Assembly: GCA_963663035.1 (NCBI GenBank)
Contig: OY760074.1
Span: 832,001-896,000 of the forward strand
From: Acidobacteriota bacterium
GTDB taxonomy: Bacteria > Acidobacteriota > UBA6911 > RPQK01 > JADFOI01
DNA: 64,000 nucleotides
Direction of reading: 5' to 3'
Numbering within the stretch: position 1 is the first letter of the stretch; every line of letters begins with the position of its first letter. Below the pieces are notes generated by a model that did no database searches, had not been told where the DNA came from, and was given only the letters and a program-made list of their open reading frames with translations. Below are positions 1-10,487 of this stretch, in pieces. The position numbers were made by a program, and so were the translations under genes.

Positions 1-56
1 CAGCCGATCCCGATCATCAGGAAACGACCGATGGAGTGCTTTCCCGGGTGATGCAT
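1..56 (-). CDS. 5' start of a gene running off the left edge (MHHPGKHSIGRFLMIGIG...), possibly secreted
   Basis: ATG at 56 on the minus strand preceded by an AGGAGGAG SD; open to the window edge. Confidence 0.5.
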   Translation of the reverse strand, partial: MHHPGKHSIGRFLMIGIG

Positions 57-154
57 GAGGTCTCCTCCTGACAGAGCTAGATGACCGTGTCTGTAGATAG
101 TAGACCTTCAGGGAGTGAATGGCAACAGGTGAGACTGCGAAACCGCAGCGTAGC

Positions 155-183
155 TTGACGATACCACTGTGGAGTTGTAGCCT
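155..183 (+). promoter_or_regulatory. putative sigma70 promoter of the amidohydrolase gene
   Basis: TTGACG-N17-TAGCCT. Confidence 0.5.
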
Positions 184-264
184 ACGCCACAACCTAAGTG
201 AATCGTTTCGGAAGCCTATAACTTGATTTCTCTAACGGGAACGGCAAAACAGGGAGCAATCACA

Positions 265-2121
265 ATGAAAAAACACCTTTGGATGGCGGCTATGGTGATG
301 GCTGCAAACATCACTGTGGGCTTTGGGCAGCAGGCCGCGGATACGATTCTGCACAACGGCAGGATTCTGACCGTGGACGCGAATTTCAGTGTTGCCGAGG
401 CCGTTGCGGTTCGCAACACTCAGATTGTGGCGGTGGGAACCAACAATGAAGTTCTGAGACTGGCCGGCCCCAACACGGTCCAGATAGACCTGAAAGGCAA
501 GACGGTGACGCCGGGGCTTATCCATACCCACACCCATATGGAATCACCCGGGCGTTATGGCCGCAACCTGTCTGCCTCGGTGCAAAAGCGATATTCTGTG
601 AACTTTAGACAGGTGAACACCGTGGACGATGTCCTCAAGCAGATCAGGGACACCATTGAGGCTTTCGACTTCGAGCCGGGCGAGTGGATCTCTTTCACCA
701 CCAACCCGACGGGAGATCAGGCCAGGATGCTCTTTGACGACATGAACCGGTGGGAACTGGACAAGGCCGCTCCAGACAATCCTATCTTTCTCTCTTTGGG
801 GGTGCCGATCCTGAACATGGTGCTTATCAACAGTAAGGCCATCGAAGCACTGTGGGACAAGCACGGAGACTTCATTGAGACCTACGGGCGTTACTGGCTC
901 GATCCCTCCGGCCGGCCGGATGGCCATCTGGAGCCTCCCGCCGCCCGTATCGTTGTGCAAGAGTTTGCGCCGGTGCCCGATGTCGAGATCATGGCTCCCC
1001 TCTACAGGAAGGCTCTCGAGGAGCGGGCAGCATCGGGTATCACGACGCTTTCAGGGGGTCTGCATGAATTCTCTGTGGACGTCTATAAATGGCTCGACGC
1101 CCGAGGTCAGATGCCGTTGAGATATGGCTACGGTGTCAGTTGGACCTTTGGGATCCCGGGAGCGGACAACACCCAGTACCAAATGGGGAGCGGCACCGAC
1201 ACGGTCTGGATCACTTCAATGAGTGCCCGGGGGGTCGATGGAGCGGGCGCCAGAATGTGCATTTCGCTCGACAGGGACGCCGCTGCAGTGGCCGAAGCTC
1301 AAGGAGGCCAAGGTTCCCTGATGGGGCTGGCTGCAATCTCCGACTGGTTCCCGCGCGGCCAATGCCACCTGGACATTGAGTACAGTGGAGGAAACCGGGG
1401 GGCGAGCCTAAGGGCCAACTACTTCCCCGAGTGGTACAACCAGGTTGCCCAGGACGGTCTGCGCTCCGCCAATTTGCACATGTCTGGGGATGAGTCCTAC
1501 AGCCTTTTTCTGTCGATGCTGGAGCGTATCGACCGGGCCAACCCGGGAGCGGTGAAGGGCTGGGCCATGGACCATTGCACGATGATCAAGCCCGAGGATG
1601 TGCCACGCGCGGCCAAACTGGGACTGATGTGGAGCTGCGCCCCGCTGGGCGAAGGGGGTCGAGCCCCCATGATTGGGGCGGCTTTCGGCGACGCTGTGGC
1701 TCACACCTTTGTGGCTCCGGTGAAGAGCATGCTAGACGCAGGCATCAACGTTTCCCTGGAGGGGGGATGGTCGGCAATCGAGACCCTGATCACGCGCAAG
1801 GACCCGGACGGCAAGGCGTGGGGACCTGACCAGAGCTTGGACCGGGCCACCGCTCTGAGAGTCGCCACCCGCAACGGGGCCAATTATGTCCTCAAAGGGG
1901 ACAAGCTCGGTTCCATCGAGACGGGCAAACTGGCCGACCTGGTGGTGATCGATCGGGACTATATGACGATTCCCGAGGAAGACATTTCTGAAGTTGGGGC
2001 TTTGGTGACGATGCTGGGCGGAAAATTCATCTTCGTGCATTCCGACTTTTCCGAAGAGTATAACTTTAGACCTGCTGGCGCCGTTCTTGGAACTCCTGAG
2101 ACACTCAGGGAGCGAGAGTAA
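265..2121 (+). CDS. secreted amidohydrolase family 3 (YtcJ-like) protein
   Basis: signal peptide, ADTILHNGRILTVD, PGLIHTHTH metal motif, GSIETGKLADLVVID; start set at MKKH after GGGAG. Confidence 0.85.
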   Translation: MKKHLWMAAMVMAANITVGFGQQAADTILHNGRILTVDANFSVAEAVAVRNTQIVAVGTNNEVLRLAGPNTVQIDLKGKTVTPGLIHTHTHMESPGRYGRNLSASVQKRYSVNFRQVNTVDDVLKQIRDTIEAFDFEPGEWISFTTNPTGDQARMLFDDMNRWELDKAAPDNPIFLSLGVPILNMVLINSKAIEALWDKHGDFIETYGRYWLDPSGRPDGHLEPPAARIVVQEFAPVPDVEIMAPLYRKALEERAASGITTLSGGLHEFSVDVYKWLDARGQMPLRYGYGVSWTFGIPGADNTQYQMGSGTDTVWITSMSARGVDGAGARMCISLDRDAAAVAEAQGGQGSLMGLAAISDWFPRGQCHLDIEYSGGNRGASLRANYFPEWYNQVAQDGLRSANLHMSGDESYSLFLSMLERIDRANPGAVKGWAMDHCTMIKPEDVPRAAKLGLMWSCAPLGEGGRAPMIGAAFGDAVAHTFVAPVKSMLDAGINVSLEGGWSAIETLITRKDPDGKAWGPDQSLDRATALRVATRNGANYVLKGDKLGSIETGKLADLVVIDRDYMTIPEEDISEVGALVTMLGGKFIFVHSDFSEEYNFRPAGAVLGTPETLRERE

Positions 2122-2145
2122 GAGATGCAGCGCTAGGGATTCTCG

Positions 2146-2171
2146 AGCCGGGATTATGCATAATCCCGGCT
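2146..2171. repeat. perfect 26-bp palindrome; fused MITE ends (footprint)
   Basis: AGCCGGGATTATGCATAATCCCGGCT is self-complementary and matches the ends of the elements at 23389 and 24444. Confidence 0.8.
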
Positions 2172-2242
2172 AGGCAGCTTTGGACCCTGATCATAGATGA
2201 TCCGCCTGCCCATTTCGATCCAATCATAAGGCCTTTCCTGCA

Positions 2243-2271
2243 TTGACATGCAGCAGGGGACGGGGTATAAT
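2243..2271 (+). promoter_or_regulatory. consensus sigma70 promoter upstream of rpoD
   Basis: exact TTGACA(2243-2248)-N17-TATAAT(2266-2271). Confidence 0.85.
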
Positions 2272-2376
2272 CCCTAGGCCTTTATCCACATCTCTGAACT
2301 GTTACAACCCTGACAACGAAGGACTTTCAGGGCCATGGCCGATCATGAATTCCAAACAGCGGTAGGAGTTTCGTAA

Positions 2377-4098
2377 ATGTTGTCGATTAACGAACTACTG
2401 GAAAATAGTGAAGAAAGATTCGCGGGCATTAAAGAGCTCATAACCCTCGGGGAAGAGAAGGGCTATCTTCTTTACGAAGAGATTCAAGATATCCTTTCAG
2501 ATCATATCCAGTCCTCAAAAGATCTAGACAGGATTCTTCAGGTGGTCAGTGATGCCGGGATCCAGGTTGTCGATTCTGAGCAAAAGCTGGAAGCTGTCAA
2601 GCTGAAGACCCGCCCCAAAGCAGTAGAAAAGGACGGGAAGCAGGGGCCTCATCCTGCTGCTGTGAGCTTTGAGAAGACCAATGATCCGGTTCGGATATAT
2701 CTCAGAGAAATGGGCACGGTGCCTCTTTTGACTCGGCAAGGAGAAGTTGAGATAGCCAAGAGAATTGAAAAGGGCCAAGAGAGTGTCCGTGAAGCGCTGT
2801 TTCGCTCGCCAGTCGTGGTCGCGCAAATCTCCAAGTATGGCGATCAGCTCCGGAATAACGATCTGAATATAAAAAGCCTGGTCAAATTCAGCGAAGATGA
2901 ACTAACGGATGAGATCCTGACCAAGAGGCGTAGGTTGGTGTTGAGGCGCATCAATAAAGTCGCCGCCTTGGAAGGGGAAGCCGCCGAACTAAGAAAACGG
3001 GTGAGTAGGGTCAAGAAAGACGGTAAGGCCCACAAGAGAATGCTCTCTCAGTTAGCACGCCTTCGGATCCCCATAACCCGGATTCCCCGTGAGCTGGAGC
3101 TGACGGCTCAGGTGCATCAAAAACTGGTGCAGTTGATCAGGAACACCGTGGATCAGATTGTCACACTGGAGAGAGAATCCAAGCAACTCAAAAAATTGAA
3201 GGAAACTCGATTAAAGCTCGATGAGGCCAAGAAAGTGAGATTGCGCCGGCGAGTCATTGACAAGGAGATGAAGGAAATCGAGGAGGAGGTGTCAGCTTCG
3301 CCAATCGCAATCAAGCGAACCCTGGCAGCCATAAAACAGGGAGAGTTGGAAGCGGAAATTGCCAAGAAGGAGCTGGTGGAAGCCAACCTTCGCCTGGTGG
3401 TCTCGATTGCCAAAAAGTACTTCAACCGGGGATTACAGTTTCTGGATTTAATCCAGGAGGGCAATATCGGCTTGATGAAAGCTGTCGATAAGTTTGAATA
3501 CCAAAGGGGTTACAAGTTTTCCACTTATGCCACCTGGTGGATTCGCCAGGCCATGACACGAGCCATTGCCGATCAGGCGCGAACCATTCGTATTCCGGTG
3601 CATATGATTGAGGCCATCAACAAGCTGATCCGGACCTCGCGTGCGCTGGTTCAGGATTATGGTCGAGAGCCTACTTCCGAAGAAATTGCTGAGAAGATGG
3701 ACATTCCAGTGAGTAAGGTGCGCAAAGTTCTCAAGATCGCTCAGCAACCCATCTCATTGGAGACCCCTGTCGGAGAGGAAGAGGATAGCCACCTGGGTGA
3801 CTTTATCGAAGACCAGGGCGCCGTTTCCCCTGCCGAGGCGGTGATCAATCTCAATCTTAAGGATCAGACGGCGGCCGTCCTGCAGACCTTGCTCCCCCGA
3901 GAGGAGCAAATCGTTCGAATGCGATTTGGCATCGGGGAGGGTAGCGAAAGTACTCTAGAGCAGGTCGGGCAGAGGTTCTCTCTCACCCGCGAGCGGATTC
4001 GCCAGATCGAAGCGAAGGCACTGCGCAAACTGCGCAATCCCCCCTCGGGAAGAGGGGACAGTGTAGACTGGCCCCCTATCCCCTCCCTACGGTCATGA
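2377..4098 (+). CDS. rpoD: RNA polymerase sigma-70 group 1 factor RpoD/SigA (possible paralog)
   Basis: region 1.1, [53 protein letters not shown]. Confidence 0.92.
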   Translation: MLSINELLENSEERFAGIKELITLGEEKGYLLYEEIQDILSDHIQSSKDLDRILQVVSDAGIQVVDSEQKLEAVKLKTRPKAVEKDGKQGPHPAAVSFEKTNDPVRIYLREMGTVPLLTRQGEVEIAKRIEKGQESVREALFRSPVVVAQISKYGDQLRNNDLNIKSLVKFSEDELTDEILTKRRRLVLRRINKVAALEGEAAELRKRVSRVKKDGKAHKRMLSQLARLRIPITRIPRELELTAQVHQKLVQLIRNTVDQIVTLERESKQLKKLKETRLKLDEAKKVRLRRRVIDKEMKEIEEEVSASPIAIKRTLAAIKQGELEAEIAKKELVEANLRLVVSIAKKYFNRGLQFLDLIQEGNIGLMKAVDKFEYQRGYKFSTYATWWIRQAMTRAIADQARTIRIPVHMIEAINKLIRTSRALVQDYGREPTSEEIAEKMDIPVSKVRKVLKIAQQPISLETPVGEEEDSHLGDFIEDQGAVSPAEAVINLNLKDQTAAVLQTLLPREEQIVRMRFGIGEGSESTLEQVGQRFSLTRERIRQIEAKALRKLRNPPSGRGDSVDWPPIPSLRS

Positions 4099-4126
4099 CT
4101 GGCACGACGGTCCTAGGACGACTTCG

Positions 4127-4849
4127 ATGATCCCACTGCGTGATGACAATCCCACCACCATCGTGCCCGTCATGACCGTGGGCCTGATTGCGCTCAACGT
4201 CCTGGTGTTTTTCTACCAGATTTCGCTGGGGCCAGGAGAAGGTGAGCTGTTTGTCTACCAATTTGGTGCCATTCCTTCTGTCATCTTCGGTTCCCAAACT
4301 CTTCCCTCCGAGCTGGTAGCCATTCCCGCCTCATTCAGCATTTTCACCAGCATGTTTCTGCACGGTGGGTTCATGCATCTGATCGGCAACATGCTCTACC
4401 TGTGGATCTTCGGCAACAATATAGAAGACGCCATGAGCCATGGACGATTCGTTTTGTTCTACCTGCTGACCGGCGTAGTTGCTTCGATGAGCCACTTTCT
4501 AACCGACGTCACATCGGAGATCCCCACCATCGGCGCAAGCGGTGCCATCTCGGGGGTCCTGGGTGCCTACATCTTATTGTATCCTCGGGCGCGGGTTCTG
4601 GTTCTGATTCCGCTGGGCTTCTTTATGCGCGTGATGTACATCCCGGCTGGATTTGTTCTGGGATTTTACTTTGTCATTCAGCTTTTCCAGGGGACCTTAA
4701 GCTTGGGAGAGGGCGGCGGCGGAGTCGCTTGGTTCGCTCACATCGGAGGATTCATCGCGGGGTTGGCTCTGGTAGGGTTGTTCAAGCAGCCAACGGTCCA
4801 GTTCTTCAACCAGCCACATCACCACCCTCGCCGGATAGATCGCTGGTGA
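4127..4849 (+). CDS. rhomboid family intramembrane serine protease
   Basis: MIPLRDDNP start, HLIGNMLYLWIFG, GASGAISG, AHIGGF. Confidence 0.93.
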   Translation: MIPLRDDNPTTIVPVMTVGLIALNVLVFFYQISLGPGEGELFVYQFGAIPSVIFGSQTLPSELVAIPASFSIFTSMFLHGGFMHLIGNMLYLWIFGNNIEDAMSHGRFVLFYLLTGVVASMSHFLTDVTSEIPTIGASGAISGVLGAYILLYPRARVLVLIPLGFFMRVMYIPAGFVLGFYFVIQLFQGTLSLGEGGGGVAWFAHIGGFIAGLALVGLFKQPTVQFFNQPHHHPRRIDRW

Positions 4850-4863
4850 GGCCTGCCGACACA

Positions 4864-5071
4864 AGCCCGCACTTCTCACACCCGCTCTGTTGCATCGGCG
4901 CAATGATCCGCCCTGCCAGCGTTGCACGACCCGCAAGCGGGTACCCCTCGGCTCCTCAACGTACTCAAGAGTACGTTTGCGGGGGCCGACCCCAAGCGGG
5001 TACCCCTCGCGCGCCTTGTCAGGCCGGCCCTTCCGCCGCTTCGCGACGACCTGGTGTGAGAAATGCGGGCT
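4864..5071. mobile_element. MITE-like element, copy A
   Basis: TIRs AGCCCGCACTTCTCACACC / GGTGTGAGAAATGCGGGCT; interior homologous to the copies at 23389, 24444 and 57543. Confidence 0.8.
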
Positions 5072-5108
5072 ACACCTGATACCGGCCTGATTTTGTTAAG
5101 CTGGAAGT

Positions 5109-5810
5109 ATGTCGACTGCTCACTCCTCACGAGGACCGTCCGGCTGGGCAATTGTCTTTGTTCTGCTCTTCGCTTCCTTCCCGCTCTGGTTTGAAGCTCT
5201 CTGGCCGTGGTATTCAAGCGAACCCCTGGTGCCGTCGATTATTGGCGCGCTTGGGGTGTCCGGACTGCCTGATTTTCCCTTTACGGTACTGCTGTGGGTT
5301 ACCGTTCCGCTTGGCCTTGTTCTGCTTTTCCGGATCCTACTCCGGAAAAGGTCTGGAGCGGCGCTACCCAAGGAGGCTTTAAACGTAACCGTTCAGATTA
5401 GGGAGCCCCTCTACATCAAGAGAGTGGAGCTCGTGCAGGGGGACGGAGAAAGTCCTTATTGGATGCTCATGTTGAGCCAAGCGGTGATCCGAAATCGGAC
5501 CAAGTCCAGGGTCAGCTTGAAATTCGATCTTCAATGCAAGACTGAGGATGGCAAACCCTGTGAGCTTCCAGAGCGCAGCCAGCTGGATTCGTTCATCAAG
5601 ACTCCGGAGAGCCCACATGACTTTCTAAAGGGGCCAGTCGCTTTAGATAGCGGTAAGAAGGCCGAAGGGGATATCTGCTTTGGCTACGCTGAGTTCCCGG
5701 CAACCAAAGAAGGCCCCAAGCTGGAGACTTCCGACTCTCAACTGCTGGTCACGGACAGGCTGTCCAACAAGAAAGTCGTCTTCGACGTGCATGGGTTAGT
5801 GAAACCCTGA
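5109..5810 (+). CDS. hypothetical membrane protein (2 N-terminal TM segments)
   Basis: 233-aa ORF with hydrophobic N-terminus; extended -10 box just upstream. Confidence 0.7.
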   Translation: MSTAHSSRGPSGWAIVFVLLFASFPLWFEALWPWYSSEPLVPSIIGALGVSGLPDFPFTVLLWVTVPLGLVLLFRILLRKRSGAALPKEALNVTVQIREPLYIKRVELVQGDGESPYWMLMLSQAVIRNRTKSRVSLKFDLQCKTEDGKPCELPERSQLDSFIKTPESPHDFLKGPVALDSGKKAEGDICFGYAEFPATKEGPKLETSDSQLLVTDRLSNKKVVFDVHGLVKP

Positions 5811-5836
5811 CAGCTGACACCTGACAGCTGACACCT
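5807..5836. repeat. short heptamer tandem repeat (CTGACAG/CTGACAC)x4
   Basis: read directly from the sequence. Confidence 0.7.
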
Positions 5837-5880
5837 TTCCCTCTGTTCGAACTCTCCGGGTTCAGGTTACAATCCAGCCC

Positions 5881-6246
5881 ATGAATTTCAGAAAGATCAG
5901 CGAAGTCGCTCAATTCAGTCCCGAGAAGATGCAAAAGATTAATCTCTTTGAGAGTTCGCGAATGTTCTGCGACCTCTACTGCCTGGAACCTGACCAGAAG
6001 CAGAAGCTTCACAGCCACCAAGGAAATGACAAGATCTACTATGTCGTTGAAGGCGAAGGCCGCTTTACCATCGGCCAGGAAACGCGCTTACTCCGGCCGG
6101 GCGACATCACTTGTGCCTTTTCAGATGAGCCTCATGGAGTGGAGAACTCGAGCGACGGACGTCTCGTTTGTCTGGTCTTTATGGCTCCTCACCCCAGTTG
6201 GACAGATGAGAGAGAGTCAAAAGAGTTGACGGAAGGCTCACTCTAG
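5881..6246 (+). CDS. cupin domain protein
   Basis: HSH...YYVVEGEG...EPHGVEN cupin motifs. Confidence 0.88.
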   Translation: MNFRKISEVAQFSPEKMQKINLFESSRMFCDLYCLEPDQKQKLHSHQGNDKIYYVVEGEGRFTIGQETRLLRPGDITCAFSDEPHGVENSSDGRLVCLVFMAPHPSWTDERESKELTEGSL

Positions 6247-6262
6247 TTGAAGATGGCAGGCG

Positions 6263-6859
6263 ATGAATGAAGTGAAACGGGTTGCCGTTGTGTTGTGTAT
6301 CGCCCTTTTGAGCGGATGCTCGAGTTCCCAGCAGAGTGACTCGGGGTCTGCCCCTGAACAAGCGAGTTCCCCCGAGTCGGCACAAGCTTCCGGTGCTGGA
6401 CTGGAATTTGAGACCCCTTCAGCCTGGATCAAGGAAACTCCTTCTTCCTCTATGCGCTTAGCTCAGTACCGCTTGCCTCACCTCCCAGAGGATAGCGAGG
6501 ATGCGGAGCTGGCGGTCTTTTATTTTGGAGGCCAGGGAGGAACGGTTCAGGCCAATGTGGAACGCTGGATCGGACAGTTCTCAGACCCCAATGGTTCTCC
6601 TCTAGCCGATGCCGTCAAAGTTTCCGAGAGGGACACCGATGCAATCCACCTGACCATTGTCGATGTGAGCGGCACTTACCACCAGGCCCAGGGACCGATG
6701 ATGGCAGCAACGACGGACAAACCCAACTACCGGATGCTGGCCGCGGTAGCCGAGGGGCCTACTGGACCCACTTTCTTCAAACTGACCGGGCCTCAGGGCA
6801 CTGTGGATCATTTTGAAGACAGTTTTCAGACGATGCTGGATACGGTCCGGATCAGGTAG
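6263..6859 (+). CDS. hypothetical lipoprotein
   Basis: lipobox LLSGC; conserved-looking SSMRLAQY and GGTVQANVERWIGQF. Confidence 0.75.
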   Translation: MNEVKRVAVVLCIALLSGCSSSQQSDSGSAPEQASSPESAQASGAGLEFETPSAWIKETPSSSMRLAQYRLPHLPEDSEDAELAVFYFGGQGGTVQANVERWIGQFSDPNGSPLADAVKVSERDTDAIHLTIVDVSGTYHQAQGPMMAATTDKPNYRMLAAVAEGPTGPTFFKLTGPQGTVDHFEDSFQTMLDTVRIR

Positions 6860-7981
6860 TCACTCCTTGAACAGAGTGAGGAACTCCTCCAGCCCTGCTT
6901 CTTGCAGACTATCCTTTGGGACAAACCGAAGCGACGCTGAGTTAATGCAGTACCTGAGGCCGGTCGGCTCCGGACCGTCCTCGAAGAGATGACCCAGGTG
7001 GGAATCGGCATCTTTACTGCGAACCTCGGTTCTCACCGTAAAGAGGCTCCGGTCCTGTTTTTCCTCGACATTTGTGGCTACCAGGGGCCTTGTAAAGCTG
7101 GGCCAGCCGGTACCGGACACGAATTTATCAGTGGAGCTAAAAAGAGCTTCTCCGCTGACGACGTCGACATAGATCCCTTCGGCCTTGTTGTCCCAGTACT
7201 CATTCTGAAAGGGGGCTTCGGTGCCGTCCTGCTGGGTGACCTGGTATTGAAGTTTGGTCAGTCTGGATTGCAGAGTGCGATCATCGGGTTTGCTGTATTC
7301 CACATCGGCCTCCGGTTTTGAACCCGTTTCCGATAGCTTGAATTCCTTGTCGTTGTTTTCCCAGACCTTGTCCAGGAACTGGTCGCGTCCAGAGTTGTAT
7401 CGGTAATATCGATAACGGATCGAATGATTCTTGTAGTAGTCCTGATGATACTCTTCTGCCGGGTAGAAAGCTTTGAGTGGTTGAATCTCGGTGACGATGG
7501 GTCTATCGAAGATTCCCGACTCCGCAAGTGCGTCCCTTGACTTTTCAGCGAGCTGCCTTTGTGCCTCATCGTGATAGAAAATCCCAGTTCGGTACTGCGC
7601 ACCACGGTCCACGAATTGCCCTGCATTATCGGTGGGATCCACATGTTTCCAGAATACCTCCAGCAGGTCAGAATAGCTGACCTGAGCTGGATCAAAAATC
7701 ACTTGAGCGGCTTCCACATGGCCGGTCCTTCCTGAAGCAACATCCTGATAGGCCGGACTCACCTCTTCTCCACCGGAGAACCCAGAGATCACTTCGGTGA
7801 CTCCAGTCACCTTCTCGAAATCGGCCTCAACACACCAAAAACAGCCACCTGCGAAAGTAGCAGCCGCTTTGGCGGGCGGGTTTGCTCCTTCGGACTGGGA
7901 CAGCAACGAAGTGGCCGCTCCACCCGGTGCAAACAGGGCGACGAGGAAAAGGGGTGCAAAGAGAAAAAGGACATATTTCAT
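6860..7981 (-). CDS. msrAB: exported peptide methionine sulfoxide reductase MsrA/MsrB fusion
   Basis: signal peptide, GGCFWC (MsrA), SGTGWPSF and RYCINS (MsrB). Confidence 0.93.
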   Translation of the reverse strand: MKYVLFLFAPLFLVALFAPGGAATSLLSQSEGANPPAKAAATFAGGCFWCVEADFEKVTGVTEVISGFSGGEEVSPAYQDVASGRTGHVEAAQVIFDPAQVSYSDLLEVFWKHVDPTDNAGQFVDRGAQYRTGIFYHDEAQRQLAEKSRDALAESGIFDRPIVTEIQPLKAFYPAEEYHQDYYKNHSIRYRYYRYNSGRDQFLDKVWENNDKEFKLSETGSKPEADVEYSKPDDRTLQSRLTKLQYQVTQQDGTEAPFQNEYWDNKAEGIYVDVVSGEALFSSTDKFVSGTGWPSFTRPLVATNVEEKQDRSLFTVRTEVRSKDADSHLGHLFEDGPEPTGLRYCINSASLRFVPKDSLQEAGLEEFLTLFKE

Positions 7982-8138
7982 GGGCTTAGACTCCTTTGTG
8001 GCTGTGTTGTATAGATCGTTCCAGCCCATGCCCATTCGCTAGACTGAGATGCAGAGAAAAACTGCTGTCAGAAATGGGACATTGCTCTAATTTGATGAAC
8101 TTGCTACTGATTCCTCCCATCACTCTAGATGCTTAATC

Positions 8139-8154
8139 TGTGACGAAGTTCCCA
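8139..8154. promoter_or_regulatory. possible CRP-family binding site between divergent msrAB and cNMP-binding genes
   Basis: TGTGA-N6-TCCCA, one mismatch to TGTGA-N6-TCACA. Confidence 0.3.
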
Positions 8155-8290
8155 CTAAACTTATTTGCAATCGGCGGGTTTCCTTCCGCCCAGCGTTCTT
8201 GGTGTCCTTGAACTCCCTCCAAGTTTTAGCATTAAATTAACATTAAGGACGAATCGCTACAAGGTCGGCCAGAGATGAGCGATACGAAGG

Positions 8291-8755
8291 ATGACGAATA
8301 TGACGGATGAAACGGAATCTTTTGCGATGAGTGAACTGGAAGGCGTGCTCCTGTTTAGAGGTGTTGAGCTCGGTTCCATTCAAGAGATCCTCGAAAATTG
8401 TCCGGTGCAGAAGTTGAAAAGTGGTGAGGTTCTTATTGACGCGGGAAAACCCAACCATTCCATTCATGTGCTCCTGACTGGCCAGTTGACGGTTCGCCTG
8501 GAACTCTCACTGCAGCCCATTGCAAGACTGGAACAGGGAGAGGTGGCCGGTGAGATCTCGGTAGTCGATGGAGAGCCGGCAACCGCCTATGTGGTGGCTG
8601 AGGAGGATTGTCGCGTGTTGGAACTCTCTGAAGACGTCTTGTGGTCGCTCCTGGAGGCTTCATCCCGCATAGCTCACAATCTGCTCTTTGTCGTCGTCCA
8701 GCGACTACGTCGTGGAGATTCTCTCATCCGGGCACTGAGCCTGGCTGGGGGATGA
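8291..8755 (+). CDS. stand-alone cyclic nucleotide-binding domain protein
   Basis: GEVAGEISVVDGEPATAYVVA cNMP-binding signature; no HTH. Confidence 0.85.
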   Translation: MTNMTDETESFAMSELEGVLLFRGVELGSIQEILENCPVQKLKSGEVLIDAGKPNHSIHVLLTGQLTVRLELSLQPIARLEQGEVAGEISVVDGEPATAYVVAEEDCRVLELSEDVLWSLLEASSRIAHNLLFVVVQRLRRGDSLIRALSLAGG

Positions 8756-8776
8756 ACCGCTCCCTCGTCGTGAGCC

Positions 8777-9064
8777 TCATGGGCTCTCTTCCGTGAGGTA
8801 GGCCATTGTCTTGATGCCCGATACTTCAATCCTGCGATTGCAGCGAGGAGTCTTGCACACCACGCTGTCGTCAATGAGCACCATGTAGCTCTGAAAGTTT
8901 GCAAACTGGCTTCGGGCCCGCTCATCGGCATTGGCAGGCAGATGCTTCTTCTTTCGCCGGACGAGCCAGCGCAACTGGTAGGTTTCCTGCTGCCTGCACG
9001 ACGGGCAGCGCAAAGCAATCGGCTTGGTGCTATTGGATTCGTCGCAAAATCGTCGTTCGTCCAT
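8777..9064 (-). CDS. small conserved Zn-ribbon-like hypothetical protein
   Basis: CPSC ... CKTPRC cysteine pairs; -10 box directly upstream. Confidence 0.7.
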   Translation of the reverse strand: MDERRFCDESNSTKPIALRCPSCRQQETYQLRWLVRRKKKHLPANADERARSQFANFQSYMVLIDDSVVCKTPRCNRRIEVSGIKTMAYLTEESP

Positions 9065-9198
9065 ATTCGACCTTATACCAGCATAGACCGATCAGTACTA
9101 GTGTCGGGAGTCTTTCTAGCACATAGGGGCAAGTGGAGGAAAGCCCACCACCGCATTGTGGCGCCCCTTCGGGGCTCCGGAGGGTGTCTTGCCCGTTG

Positions 9199-9747
9199 TC
9201 AGGTGTCAGTTGTCAGCGGCCCCGTGCCGTTAGCCAGCTTTAAAGTGATATCTACCGACTGTGCATCACCCAAGTCAGTCAAGGACTGCTGTAGATCTTC
9301 CGCTGACAGATCGGGAGGGACCTGCAAGAGAGCCGTCATGGAAAAAAGAGGGGATCCACTGATCGGTGAGTTGTACACGGACGTCTTGATCTCGGCAATA
9401 TTGACACCCTTACCAGCAAGAAAGGCGGAGATCCCATGGATAATTCCCTGGTGATCCGCACCTGCCACCTCAAGAGCATAGGGGAGGTAGCCCTGGTAGG
9501 CGGGATTATCCATTTCCTGGACGGTGACGGTGAGAGTTTCGGATCCACAATCTTGCAGATATTCTAAGAGCTGGCTGACGGTCTCGCCGGGAGCTGATAC
9601 CAAAAAGAGCCCCACAAATTGGTCACCTAAACTTGCTGTCCGACTTTCCTCCACGTTGGCCGAAGTCGCAACAATGCCCTCAGTTATCTCTTTGACAATG
9701 CCTGGACGATCTTGGCCCACAACCGTTACCAGTATCTGTTGCTGCAT
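9199..9747 (-). CDS. GcvR-like tandem ACT domain protein
   Basis: VTVVGQDRPGIV and VAGADHQGIIH ACT repeats. Confidence 0.85.
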   Translation of the reverse strand: MQQQILVTVVGQDRPGIVKEITEGIVATSANVEESRTASLGDQFVGLFLVSAPGETVSQLLEYLQDCGSETLTVTVQEMDNPAYQGYLPYALEVAGADHQGIIHGISAFLAGKGVNIAEIKTSVYNSPISGSPLFSMTALLQVPPDLSAEDLQQSLTDLGDAQSVDITLKLANGTGPLTTDT

Positions 9748-9871
9748 GCTGCTGGGATTATACTTCACAGGACACCTGCAGCGCCTCTCTGAGAAGACCT
9801 ATACTAGTAAAGTCACCGGTACGTTGAAGAATAGAGAGCAGAAGAGAGAGGGAGAAGTTGAGGAGGGTGAA

Positions 9872-10036
9872 TTGAACCAGAGATTCTGTCCTAAATGTAA
9901 AAAGAATGTTAAGACTGAAAAGGTACCTCGAATCGCTGAAGACCTGGAGGATTCAGTGGTAGTAGAACTCGATATCATCTGCAAAGAGTGTGGTTCTCAT
10001 ATTACTTACCGTAGAATGAGGATGAGCTTGGACTGA
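9872..10036 (+). CDS. small Zn-ribbon protein (54 aa)
   Basis: GGAGG SD with TTG start; CPKC...CKEC. Confidence 0.6.
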   Translation: MNQRFCPKCKKNVKTEKVPRIAEDLEDSVVVELDIICKECGSHITYRRMRMSLD

Positions 10037-10173
10037 ATTAAGGTGGCTGGTGACCTTGATATCGACGGTTTCATGCCCTACACAGGAACTTTTACTTGAG
10101 CTCAAAGTAGACTCCAGTTATGACCCCTTCCGCGACGACCCTCGCTTCCACGACCTGCTTCCATGAGAAGGCC

Positions 10174-10487
10174 CTTATTTGTCAAGACCGACTTGGCGGT
10201 CAAAAGTCCGGGACCGGGTGATTAAGCCAGCTGATGGGAGTTCGCTTAATCGATCCAGTGATGCTGATTTTGTTTGCCTTGCTTCCATCCGCACTCTTTT
10301 TCAGCCCTTGATTTGGACTGGGTGCATGTAAGGGTTCGTCAAACTGGGCGCTGCCATCTGCGGCTCGTTCTCTTCCGAAGGAAGGAACAGCAGGTCGTTC
10401 GCAGTCACCCGAACTGGGCATTTGGATCATTGAGGTTAACTCCATGGGCGGGTCACGTTCACCGGAATCCCTTCTGGGTTCAATCTT
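10174..10487 (-). ncRNA. putative bridge/seek RNA of the IS1111-type element (ends approximate)
   Basis: two guide-hairpin-guide modules match the target site (10358-10364, 10389-10398) and the donor junction (10282-10288, 10329-10333). Confidence 0.75.

Noticed and set aside
4890-5090. small ORFs within MITE copies (also 24454-24672 and 57517-57717)
   Set aside because: They are translations of palindromic repeat DNA with no SD or protein features.
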